A stretch of DNA of 62,813 nt, from assembly GCA_024641745.1 (NCBI GenBank), contig JAHECL010000002.1, forward strand, positions 1 to 62,813, in the 5' to 3' direction. Position 1 is the first letter of the stretch, and the number at the start of each line of letters is the position of its first letter. Source of the stretch: Gemmatimonadota bacterium. GTDB lineage: Bacteria; Gemmatimonadota; Gemmatimonadetes; Gemmatimonadales; GWC2-71-9. Positions 26,512 to 34,543 of the stretch are shown here, in pieces. The notes below the pieces were generated by a model that saw only the letters and a program-made list of their open reading frames with translations, ran no database searches and was not told where the DNA came from. The position numbers were made by a program, and so were the translations under genes.

Positions 26512-27158
26512 ACGCGGAACGGTCGGGCGCGATGCTCACCCTGCGCGAGGGCACCGCGACGCACCACCGCCGCGCGGAGCAGCACGAGTTCCAGCGGCAG
26601 TTCGTTCGGGGCACGCTGCCGAAACTCCTCTACGTCCGCTGGCTGGCCCAGATGCTCCAGATTCACGCCGCGCTCGAATCGCATCTCGACCGGGTGGTGA
26701 CCCGGAATCCGGCACTGAGGGCGGTCTTCGACGACGGGCGGCGGAAGGTGCCGGGGCTCCGGCACGACCTCGCCTTCCTTGGTGGCGATGCCGCCGGGCC
26801 TGTCCTGCCGGCGGCCGGCGCCCTCATCGCACGGATGGACGACCTCGCCGCCGGACGGCCGATGGCGCTGCTGGGCGTCTTCTACGTCCTGGAGGGAAGC
26901 ACCAACGGCTCGAAGTTCATCGCGCGGAAGGTTCGTCCCGCCTATGCACTGCCCACCACCGGCGAAGGGTCGGCCTATCTCGATCCGTACGGTGATATGC
27001 AGCCGGCGCGGTGGCAGGAATTCAAGACGGCAGTCGACGCGCTCGCCCTGCCGCCCGACCAGGTCGACCAGCTCGTCGCCGCCGCCCAGGCCACCTTCGA
27101 CGCCATCCACGATCTCGGCGGCGAACTCCTTGCCGAAAGCACCGGCGCGGCCGCCTAG
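26508..27158 (+). CDS. Heme oxygenase (biliverdin-producing, HO-1/BphO-like)
   Basis: LREGTATHHRRAEQ fits the proximal-His region, and GVFYVLEGSTNGS fits the distal helix Gly motif. The start is the GTG at 26508 or the ATG at 26532. The track start at 26382 was rejected. Confidence 0.8.
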   Translation: MNAERSGAMLTLREGTATHHRRAEQHEFQRQFVRGTLPKLLYVRWLAQMLQIHAALESHLDRVVTRNPALRAVFDDGRRKVPGLRHDLAFLGGDAAGPVLPAAGALIARMDDLAAGRPMALLGVFYVLEGSTNGSKFIARKVRPAYALPTTGEGSAYLDPYGDMQPARWQEFKTAVDALALPPDQVDQLVAAAQATFDAIHDLGGELLAESTGAAA

Positions 27159-28222
27159 TCGAGCGCCGCTGACAGCGCCGCCGCCACCTCGGCGGTGCTT
27201 CCTGTGCCGCCCAGGTCGGGCGTCAGCGGTCCGCCGGCCACCACTCGCTCCACCGCCCGCTCCAGCCGTCTCGCTCCCGCCCCGCATCCCAGCTGCTCCA
27301 GCATCAGCGCACCGCTCAACACCGTCGCCATCGGATTGGCGACGCCCTTGCCGACCAGCGGCGGCGCCGACCCGTGCACCGGCTCGAACAGCCCCGGCCG
27401 ACCGGGGTGAAGGTTGGCGCTGGCCGCGATCCCCATCCCGCCGATCAGCCCGGCGCCGAGGTCGGACAGGATGTCGCCGTAGAGGTTCGGGGTGACGATG
27501 ACCTGGAACCGTTCCGGCTCCCGCACCAGCTCCAGCGCCAGCGCGTCGACATACCGATGCTCCCGCTGGATGCCGGGGTAGCGCTCGCCGATTTCCTGGA
27601 AGAGCCGTCCCCAGATTCGCTGGAAGGGGATCGCGTTCGACTTGTCGCTCATCGTCACGCGTGTCTTCCCCTGTGCCGCCGCCCAGGCGAACGCCGCCTC
27701 GATGATCCGCGCCACTCCCTTGCGGGTGTTGATCTCCTCCGAGACGTGCACCTCGTCCGGGGTGCCGAGGCTCTCCGAGCGACCCAGACCGAGGTACTGG
27801 CCCTCGGTGTTCTCGCGGAAGATGACGAAGTCGATGGCGGTGCTGCCGCCGTCGCTCCTCCGGTCGGTGCGGAGTGGCGAGAGCTTCGGATGGAAGAGGT
27901 GGGTCGGGCGGAAGTTGATGTAGAGGTCGAGCCGGAACCGGAGACCGAGGAGGATGTCGCGGGCGTGCTCGTTGCCGGGGACGCGGGGGTCGCCCAAGGC
28001 CCCGACCAGAATGCCGTCGACGTCATCGCGCAGGTGCGCGAACGCCTCGTCGGGGAGGGTCTCCCCCGTCTCCAGGAAGTGATCGGCCGAATAGGGCAGC
28101 CGCTCCACCGCGAGCGCGAGTCCTTCTGCGTTCGCCGCCGCCTCGATGATCGGCAGGCCGGCCTCGATCACCTCCGGGCCGATGCCGTCCCCGGCGATGA
28201 TGGCGATCGTCGCTCGCGTCAC
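27155..28222 (-). CDS. Isopropylmalate/isocitrate/tartrate dehydrogenase family enzyme
   Basis: From the GTG at 28220-28222: VTRATIAIIAGDGIGPEV...FRENTEGQY...NLYGDILSDL...GSAP. The protein is 355 aa. The start overlaps the upstream stop (GTGA). The track ORF to 28648 is a chimera. Confidence 0.85.
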   Translation of the reverse strand: MTRATIAIIAGDGIGPEVIEAGLPIIEAAANAEGLALAVERLPYSADHFLETGETLPDEAFAHLRDDVDGILVGALGDPRVPGNEHARDILLGLRFRLDLYINFRPTHLFHPKLSPLRTDRRSDGGSTAIDFVIFRENTEGQYLGLGRSESLGTPDEVHVSEEINTRKGVARIIEAAFAWAAAQGKTRVTMSDKSNAIPFQRIWGRLFQEIGERYPGIQREHRYVDALALELVREPERFQVIVTPNLYGDILSDLGAGLIGGMGIAASANLHPGRPGLFEPVHGSAPPLVGKGVANPMATVLSGALMLEQLGCGAGARRLERAVERVVAGGPLTPDLGGTGSTAEVAAALSAALD

Positions 28223-28932
28223 GTCCCACCCCCGCTGACTTCCTCGCCGCAGCTCACGCAGTAGCGCCAGCCGACGTCGATGTCCGCGCCGCAGGTGCGG
28301 CAGGCGCCGACGTCCTGGCCCATGCCGCAGTGGGGGCAGAAGTTGATGGCCATGCGGGGCGGGAGAATTCCGCCGCAGAAGGGACAGCGCACCGTGGCCT
28401 TCCCCTCTTCCGGAGGAGACGGGTCGGCGGGCTTCGCAGCAGCAGCAGGTGGTGCGGCGGGCGGTGGGGTGCGGAGTTCGATGACCGGGTCGGCCTGCCA
28501 CGCGGTGTCCCTGGCCGCCGTCCGGGGCTCGGCGGCCGGCGCCGGTTCGGAGCGCCGCTCCTCCGGCGGGGCGTAGCGCTGTTCGGGGCGCTCCCCCAGT
28601 GCCGACATCAACGGATCGGTCCGGAGCAGGAGACGGCTGTCGCCCCACACCCGCAGGAGGCCGAGGTCGGGGAGCGGCTTCTTGAGTTCGGCCGTCATGG
28701 AGGTTTGCGCGGAGGGATCCGCCTGGACGAAATCGCCCTCCCCCGCGCAGAGCCGGAGCAGCAGCGTCTCGTAGTCCTCGGCGGTGTCCACGCCGAGTTC
28801 CCGCCGCACGGTCCGGTACGGGAGCACGGCGTCCATCAGCTCGTTCAGGGCGATCGGCTGGTGGAGCCGGGACGGGTCCTCGTCCGACAGCGTCTGCACC
28901 AGGAGCCGGAAGAGGGAGTCGAGGGTGGTCAT
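28219..28932 (-). CDS. Double zinc-ribbon protein with Pro/Ala-rich linker
   Basis: From the ATG at 28932: MTTLDSLFRLL... The C-terminus reads RCPFCGG...FCPHCG...ACRTCG...YCVSCG, which is four CxxC pairs. Confidence 0.7.
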   Translation of the reverse strand: MTTLDSLFRLLVQTLSDEDPSRLHQPIALNELMDAVLPYRTVRRELGVDTAEDYETLLLRLCAGEGDFVQADPSAQTSMTAELKKPLPDLGLLRVWGDSRLLLRTDPLMSALGERPEQRYAPPEERRSEPAPAAEPRTAARDTAWQADPVIELRTPPPAAPPAAAAKPADPSPPEEGKATVRCPFCGGILPPRMAINFCPHCGMGQDVGACRTCGADIDVGWRYCVSCGEEVSGGGT

Positions 28933-28982
28933 GGATTCAATCTCACAGCCATCTCCGGAACCCGCCAGTTGCAGGGGCCGCC

Positions 28983-29084
28983 CGGCTCGGGATGGTCCTC
29001 CGGGCCAGCAGTTCGCGAGCGGCGGAAAGATCCCAAGAACCACATCTGCTCACTGACGCCCCTCCGGACCATTCCCAGCGCCGG
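28983..29084 (+). repeat. Copy B of the ~105-nt intergenic repeat element
   Basis: It shares the same two conserved blocks as 8727-8832 (22/22 identical, then ~27/29). It lies in the gap between the rnhA-like stop (29098) and the zinc-ribbon gene start (28932). Confidence 0.6.
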
Positions 29085-29097
29085 CCGCCCCACAGCC

Positions 29098-29727
29098 TCA
29101 CTCCGCCGTCCGTAACTCGATGGACTCGCCGCTCGCAAGCCGGTCGGCGAGCTGTCGATACGCCGCATCGGGATCGTACTCGAGGTACTGCCCGCGCTCC
29201 CGCTTCGCGTGGAGCCACTTCTCGAAGCCGGAGGGGATGGCGCCGTCGGAGGTGTGCTGTTCGGTGGCGGCGGCGACGGCCAGGTCGTTGGCGTACTCGT
29301 TCTTGGCGTGCCCCTTGTGGCCCCGCACCCAGGTCCACTGCACGTCGTGCCGGCCGGCGGACGACACCAGCTGCTGCCAGAGCGGGAGATTCTCGATGGG
29401 GCCGCCCTTGCGGGTCCAGCCCCGTCCCTTCCACGCCGGCACCCACTCCCGCATGCCCTTGACCAGGTACTCGGAGTCGGACACCAGGAGCACCCGCATT
29501 CGCTGGCCCTTGCCGGCCAGGAGCTGCAGCGCGGCGATCCCGCTGGCCAGCGCCATCCGGTTGTTGGTGGTGTCGGCGGCGTGCAGGAAGAAGTCGCGGC
29601 GCTGGACGCCGCTCCGGGTGGCGGTCTCGATCAGGCCGCCCGCCCCGCCGGGGGTGGCGCCCTCCTGTCCGTTGCCGAGGCAGCTCTCGTCGAGGTGCAC
29701 CACGGCGATCGCCAGCGGTGGCGTCAT
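29098..29727 (-). CDS. rnhA: RNase HI homolog with ~55-aa C-terminal extension; catalytic Glu position is Ala
   Basis: From the ATG at 29727: MTPPLAIAVVHLDESCLGNG...DTTNNRMALASGI...LLVSDSEYL...VRGHKGHAKNEYANDLA. This aligns to E. coli RNase HI as I recall it (TDGSCLGNPG / TTNNRMELMAAI / STDSQYV / KGHAGHPENERCDELA). The ATG overlaps the upstream stop (ATGA). Confidence 0.8.
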   Translation of the reverse strand: MTPPLAIAVVHLDESCLGNGQEGATPGGAGGLIETATRSGVQRRDFFLHAADTTNNRMALASGIAALQLLAGKGQRMRVLLVSDSEYLVKGMREWVPAWKGRGWTRKGGPIENLPLWQQLVSSAGRHDVQWTWVRGHKGHAKNEYANDLAVAAATEQHTSDGAIPSGFEKWLHAKRERGQYLEYDPDAAYRQLADRLASGESIELRTAE

Positions 29728-29948
29728 CCCTCGTTCCTCAGGACCTGGAACCACTCGATCTCCTTCAGCAGGAACTCCATCAACTCTCCCGTCATCGGCA
29801 ATCGTGCGTGGAAGGCCTCGCCGCGGGGTCCGTTGGCCACCCGTCCGGCGATCACGATGTACTCAGTCCCCCGGCGCTGCAGGACGACGCGCAGTCCGTT
29901 CCGCGCGGCATGCTCGAGCTGGTCGTAGCGTTCGGCGTTCCAACGCAT
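29724..29948 (-). CDS. Hypothetical 74-aa protein
   Basis: MRWNAERYDQLEHAARNGLRVVLQRRGTEYIVIAGRV... It starts 25 nt after the selD stop and is translationally coupled to the RNase H homolog. I recognised no family. Confidence 0.5.
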   Translation of the reverse strand: MRWNAERYDQLEHAARNGLRVVLQRRGTEYIVIAGRVANGPRGEAFHARLPMTGELMEFLLKEIEWFQVLRNEG

Positions 29949-29973
29949 CAGGTCAGCGCCCCACGCCGGACGG

Positions 29974-31050
29974 TCACGGCCGCTTCTCCCTCGTCACCCG
30001 GAGTGTCCCGATGTCCCCCGTCACCAGCCGGCCAATGACGGCGCGTGCAAGGGTGCCCTCCGCGTGAAGGGCGTCGAGAAGGGAATCGAGCCGCTCCGGC
30101 GCCACGGCGAGCAGGAGTCCACCCGACGTCTGCGCGTCGTTCAGCAGGATGCGATCGGCGGCAGGGACGTCGGCGTCGCAGGTCGTCAGCACGGCCGCCG
30201 CCGCGATGTTGCGCTCGGTGCCGCCCGGCAGCGATCCTTCCTCCGCCATCTGGCGCGCCTGCGCGAGGACCGGCAGATTCTCGGTCCAGAGTTCGGCCGC
30301 CAGCCCGCTTCCGGTCAGGATGTTGCCGAGGTGCCCCAGGAGGCCGAAACCGGTCACGTCGGTGGCGGCGCGGACGCCCGCGGCCTGCGCGGCGCGCGCG
30401 GCGCCGGCATTGAGGGCGCGCATCGAGGCGACCGCCGGGGCAATCTCCGCCTCGGTCAGCCGGTCCCGCTTCAGCGCGGTGGTCAGCACGCCGGTGCCGA
30501 GCGGCTTGGTCAGCACCAGGCAGTCGCCGGCACGGGCGCCGCGGTTGGTCATCATCCGGTCGGGATGGACCTCGCCGGTCACTGCGAGCCCGAACTTCGG
30601 CTCGGCATCGTCGATCGAGTGGCCGCCGAGCAGCAGGCAGCCCGCCTCCTGCGTGACCTCGGCCGCGCCGGCCATCACCTCGCCGAGCAGGTCAAAGGAG
30701 AGGCCGGTGCGGGGCCAGGCGACGAGGTTGAGGGCAAAGAGCGGGGTGCCGCCCATCGCATAGACGTCGCTCAACGCATTGGCGGCGGCGATGGCGCCCC
30801 AGTTCCGCGCGTCGTCCACGATCGGCGTGAAGAAATCGGTCGTGGCAATCAGCGCGCGATCGGCGGAGAGCCGGAAGACCGCCGCGTCATCGTGCGATGC
30901 GGCATCCACGAGCACCCGGGGGTCCTCGACGCTCGGCAGGTGCCGGAGCACCTGCGCCAGCTCGGCGGCGCCGAGCTTGCACGCGCACCCGGCACCGTGC
31001 GAGAGTGCCGTGAGCCGGATACCGGTGCCCGTCGCCTGTCGATCGTTCAA
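29974..31050 (-). CDS. selD: Selenide, water dikinase (selenophosphate synthetase), Cys-type
   Basis: LTALSHGAGCACKLG is the N-terminal GxGC(C/U)xK loop, here with Cys. DAAVF...TTDFFTPIVDD...NALSDVYAMGG are the PurM-like domains. The start was assigned to the TTG at 31048-31050, giving 358 aa. The track ORF to 31233 is over-extended. Confidence 0.85.
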   Translation of the reverse strand: MNDRQATGTGIRLTALSHGAGCACKLGAAELAQVLRHLPSVEDPRVLVDAASHDDAAVFRLSADRALIATTDFFTPIVDDARNWGAIAAANALSDVYAMGGTPLFALNLVAWPRTGLSFDLLGEVMAGAAEVTQEAGCLLLGGHSIDDAEPKFGLAVTGEVHPDRMMTNRGARAGDCLVLTKPLGTGVLTTALKRDRLTEAEIAPAVASMRALNAGAARAAQAAGVRAATDVTGFGLLGHLGNILTGSGLAAELWTENLPVLAQARQMAEEGSLPGGTERNIAAAAVLTTCDADVPAADRILLNDAQTSGGLLLAVAPERLDSLLDALHAEGTLARAVIGRLVTGDIGTLRVTREKRP

Positions 31051-31080
31051 TCGCTCTTCCCAGGAAGTGGAGCCACCCAA

Positions 31081-31815
31081 TTGAGTCCTGTCGTCGCACT
31101 CACCACGGCGTTCTTGCTGGGCCTGGCGCATGCCATTGAAATCGACCACATGATCGCCGTCACGGCCTTCGTCAGCACCAGGCCGAAGCTCCGGGCCGCG
31201 GCGGGCTTCGGGCTCCGCTGGGGGCTGGGACACTCGCTCGCGGTCTTCGTCGCGGGCGGGATCCTCGTCGCCACCGGGCTGCGCTGGCCCGAGGGCTACG
31301 ACCAGCTGGGCGAGGCGCTGGTCGGCGCGCTCCTGGTGGCGGTCGGCATCTGGGCGATGCGCCGCGCCCGCAAGTTACATCTGCATCCGCCCGAGGAACA
31401 TGGAGACCACGCCCACCTGCATGCGCACACGGGGGCCGCACGCGAGCATACCCACGGCCACCACGCGCACGAGGTCCCGGCGCACCCTCCCACCGGACAC
31501 CATCACCATCACGCGCCGCACGTCGAGAAGCACGGCATCACGGTCGTGGGGCTGATGCACGGCCTGGCGGGCACGAGCGCGGTGGTGGCGCTGGTGCCGG
31601 TCACCCTGATGGACCGGAAGCTGGTGGGGCTGGGCTACCTGGTGGCATTCGGGCTGGGGACGATCATCGCGATGACGGCGTACGCGCTGGTCGCGGCGGC
31701 GGCGTTCCGCCGCGCGTCCGAGGGATCGCTGAAGTGGGGGCAGGCGCTCGGCAGGTCCGTCGGGGCCGGCAGTGTGGCCGTGGGGCTGTGGTGGATCTGG
31801 CGGGCGGTGGGGTAA
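31081..31815 (+). CDS. Nickel/cobalt transporter (NiCoT/RcnA-like) with His-rich loop
   Basis: From the TTG at 31081. LAHAIEIDHM contains the HX4DH signature in the first TM helix. The central loop reads HLHPPEEHGDHAHLHAH...HTHGHHAH...TGHHHHHAPH. The protein has 6 TM helices. The track ORF 30064..31815 is a chimera. Confidence 0.75.
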   Translation: MSPVVALTTAFLLGLAHAIEIDHMIAVTAFVSTRPKLRAAAGFGLRWGLGHSLAVFVAGGILVATGLRWPEGYDQLGEALVGALLVAVGIWAMRRARKLHLHPPEEHGDHAHLHAHTGAAREHTHGHHAHEVPAHPPTGHHHHHAPHVEKHGITVVGLMHGLAGTSAVVALVPVTLMDRKLVGLGYLVAFGLGTIIAMTAYALVAAAAFRRASEGSLKWGQALGRSVGAGSVAVGLWWIWRAVG

Positions 31816-31833
31816 GGCGGTCCTGCCCCGCCG

Positions 31834-32730
31834 CTACCTGCCGCCCTCACTCATCACCAGTGCCCGCAACCCGATCAGCGCCCGCTCCTCCTGCGCCGTC
31901 GTCCCGAAGGCGCCGTCCTTCCGCTGCATCGCGACCAGGGCCGGTACCGCGTTGGCCACCGCGCTCCGTGCCGCCGGTGTGTTGGCCGCCATCAGCGATT
32001 CGAGTGCATGGAAGAGGTCGGCGTTGGGCCACGTACCGTCGGCCTGCTGGTGGTCGGCGATGAACGCCGCTACCCGGATCGTGGCACCCCGGTAGAGGGG
32101 CGGGGCGATGCCGAGCGGGTGGAGCGCGGCGATGACCAGGTCGGGGGCGTAGTACCCGCTCCAGTCGGTCCACACATCGACCAGCACCGCCAGACTCTGC
32201 AAGTGCTGCTTGACGCTTGCCCGTCCCGCCAGCCCTGCCATCAGCACCGCGCGGAGCGCCAGGCAGCTCACCGCGAACCGCGCCTGCGCCTCCGCGCGAA
32301 AGGTCTTGCCGCACGGCATCGTGATCGGCGCCAGCCGCTCGGTGTCGGGCACCGGGGCAAAGAACCCCGCCAGGAAATGGTTGCACGCCTTCTGCTCGTG
32401 CCGCGCCGGATGGCATCCCTCCCCGAACCCGCCGGGCTGCCCCGCGAGCCCGAGCATCCAGGTGATGAACTGCGCCGTCCCCGGCTCCTGCCCCGAGTGT
32501 CCGAGGTCGATCAGCTCGATCGCGCGCCAGATGGTGGGGAGTGCGGCGCCGCCGACGCTGCCGTCGGACCGGAGCCCCTTCTGCAGTCCCGCAATCAGCG
32601 TCGCACGCGCGGCGGCATCGCCCGGCGCGGGGCGGCCGAGCGCCTCGCGCGCCAGGATGGCGGCGCGGGAGCTGCGCGGCACGAAGAACTCCGCCAGCCG
32701 CTCGATGGCGGCTGCAGGCTTGGGAGTCAC
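31834..32730 (-). CDS. Hypothetical protein, possibly alpha/alpha-toroid (prenyltransferase/terpene-cyclase-repeat-like)
   Basis: From the GTG at 32728-32730, overlapping the upstream stop (GTGA). It shows repeated helical hairpin-like segments with DGS/DGT-W motifs (LRSDGSVGG..., HQQADGTWPN..., MQRKDGAFG...). The fold call is tentative. Confidence 0.5.
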   Translation of the reverse strand: MTPKPAAAIERLAEFFVPRSSRAAILAREALGRPAPGDAAARATLIAGLQKGLRSDGSVGGAALPTIWRAIELIDLGHSGQEPGTAQFITWMLGLAGQPGGFGEGCHPARHEQKACNHFLAGFFAPVPDTERLAPITMPCGKTFRAEAQARFAVSCLALRAVLMAGLAGRASVKQHLQSLAVLVDVWTDWSGYYAPDLVIAALHPLGIAPPLYRGATIRVAAFIADHQQADGTWPNADLFHALESLMAANTPAARSAVANAVPALVAMQRKDGAFGTTAQEERALIGLRALVMSEGGR

Positions 32731-33092
32731 GACAGGAGGAGGGAGAGGATGCCACCGGCGGCGGCGCCGCGGACGCCGCCGAGGAGGACGTGCAGCAGTG
32801 GCGCAAAGGGCGCGTCGTCCATCTCCGCGACGCGCATCCACCCTGACCATTCCACCAGCAGGCCCACCAGCCCGAATACCAGCCACCATCCGCCGTGGCC
32901 GAGGGTGGCAAACCAGAGCCCCGCGATCAGGGTGAAGAGCAATGCCTCGATGAAATAGGCGCCCGGCGCGCGGCGGAGGAGGGTCCGGCCCGGCTCGCGG
33001 GGCCCGCCAGCCAGCTTTCCTTCCACCGCCTCCCAGGCGAGGAAGAAGAGCCAGGCCGCCAGCCAGCCGAGCAGGAGCCGGGTGAGCGCCAC
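32727..33092 (-). CDS. Small 4-TM membrane protein
   Basis: From the GTG at 33090-33092: VALTRLLLGWLAAWLFFLAWEAV...GILSLLLS. It starts 5 nt after the amidohydrolase stop. Confidence 0.5.
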   Translation of the reverse strand: MALTRLLLGWLAAWLFFLAWEAVEGKLAGGPREPGRTLLRRAPGAYFIEALLFTLIAGLWFATLGHGGWWLVFGLVGLLVEWSGWMRVAEMDDAPFAPLLHVLLGGVRGAAAGGILSLLLS

Positions 33093-33097
33093 CGGGC

Positions 33098-34474
33098 CTA
33101 CCAGGTCCTGCGGACGGAATCGGGACGGATCAACTGTCCGCCGACCATCACCTGCGTGATCGCGCGGGTGTTGGTGATGTCCGCGAGGGGGTCGCGGCTC
33201 AGGACCACCAGGTCGGCCGCCTTGCCGGGCTGCAGCACACCCAGCGAGTCGGCACCGAGCAGGGCGGCGGCGTCGCTGGTGGCGGCGCGCAGCGCCTGCG
33301 ATGGCGTCAGCCCCGCGTGGACCAGCAACTCGAGTTCGGCATGCTCGCTGGCGCCCGGCGTCAGCATCTGGTTGGCGGCGTCGGTGCCGGTGACGACCCG
33401 GCCGCCGGCCTGGAGGAAGGCCCGGACGAAGAGGTCCTGCTTCGGCCGTCCCCCCCGGAACGCCGCGAAATCGGCCGCGGTCCACCCGGCGCGGCCGACC
33501 ATCTCCGGCACATTCCAGGCATCCCGCTGATTCTGGGGGACGGCGAGGAGGTCAGGGTTGTCACCGGTGGTCGGGTCGTCGAGCCGGCTGAAGACCTCGT
33601 GCAGGACGAGGGTGGGCACGATCGTCGTGCGCGTCTCGGCGAGCTGGTTCGCCACCTGGGTCAGGGTGACCGAATCGAGGGTCTCCCAGCTGCGCTCGAA
33701 CGCGGTCCACCCCGTGAAGAACCCGTCGTGGTGCGCCGCAAAAAGCGGGTCGGGCTGTCCCGCCGCCTCCGGCACGCCGCTCAGGTGCTCGATCGAGGCC
33801 ACGCCAAGCTTGCCGGCCGTCACGGCATCGGTGAGGCCGAGGTGCGCCGCCACCGGCATGCGGAAGGTGCGGGCTTCGTCCGTGATCGCCTCCAGCAGCT
33901 CGGGAGTGATCCGGGTGTAGGCCTTGATGAGGTGCGCCCCCGCCACGGAGAGGCGGTCCACCGCCTGTCGGGCGGAGCGGGTGTCGGTGACTTCGGTGGC
34001 GTTGGGGTAGGTGGCGGGCACGCCGTCGATCATCGCCCCGGCCGCGTAGATCCGCGGGCTCAGGCCCGATCCGAGGTCGGCGGCCTCCGACATCGCGAAG
34101 ATGCTGTCGGCGTCGTTGTGGGCGTCGCGCACGGTGGTGACGCCGTAGACGATGTAGCGCTTGAGCGACCAGGACGCCACATGCGCATGTGCGTCGATGA
34201 GGCCGGGGATGATCCAGCTCCCCGAGACGTCGACCTCGATCGTGCCACGGGGAAGGGGGACATTCTCCCGCGCGCCGACCGCTTCGATGGCGCCGCCGCG
34301 TACCAGGACCACGCCGTCCCGCAGCGGAGTGCCGCCGCGTCCGTCGAGGATGGTCGCGCCCATCAGGGCGGTGCGCGGCGGCCCCTGCTCGGCGCACGCG
34401 CCGAGGAGACACAGCGTCAGGACCGCGGTGGCGAGGGTGGCGGCGCCACGCGTGCTGGTTGGGCTTCGGGACAT
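33098..34474 (-). CDS. Secreted/lipoprotein amidohydrolase family metallo-hydrolase
   Basis: 458 aa. The signal plus lipobox is LCLLGAC, and IIPGLIDAHAHV is the HxH metal motif. The C-terminus reads ...GKAADLVVLSRDPL. Confidence 0.85.
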   Translation of the reverse strand: MSRSPTSTRGAATLATAVLTLCLLGACAEQGPPRTALMGATILDGRGGTPLRDGVVLVRGGAIEAVGARENVPLPRGTIEVDVSGSWIIPGLIDAHAHVASWSLKRYIVYGVTTVRDAHNDADSIFAMSEAADLGSGLSPRIYAAGAMIDGVPATYPNATEVTDTRSARQAVDRLSVAGAHLIKAYTRITPELLEAITDEARTFRMPVAAHLGLTDAVTAGKLGVASIEHLSGVPEAAGQPDPLFAAHHDGFFTGWTAFERSWETLDSVTLTQVANQLAETRTTIVPTLVLHEVFSRLDDPTTGDNPDLLAVPQNQRDAWNVPEMVGRAGWTAADFAAFRGGRPKQDLFVRAFLQAGGRVVTGTDAANQMLTPGASEHAELELLVHAGLTPSQALRAATSDAAALLGADSLGVLQPGKAADLVVLSRDPLADITNTRAITQVMVGGQLIRPDSVRRTW

Positions 34475-34509
34475 CGTCCTGCCAATGCGCGGTGGGAGTG
34501 AGGGTGGAG

Positions 34510-34536
34510 CAGCGCCCCGGGGTGGCCGGGGCGCTG
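34510..34536 (-). terminator. Perfect GC hairpin just after the H1-like gene (candidate terminator, no U-tract)
   Basis: cagcgccccgg-ggtgg-ccggggcgctg forms an 11-bp perfect stem with a 5-nt loop. It begins 8 nt downstream of the stop at 34544. Confidence 0.45.
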
Positions 34537-34543
34537 GATCAAT

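Noticed and set aside
29974-34474. Search for selenocysteine recoding (in-frame TGA joining adjacent ORFs) near selD.
   Set aside because: All neighbouring genes have contiguous frames with plausible starts and stops. No pair of adjacent same-frame ORFs separated by a single TGA was seen.
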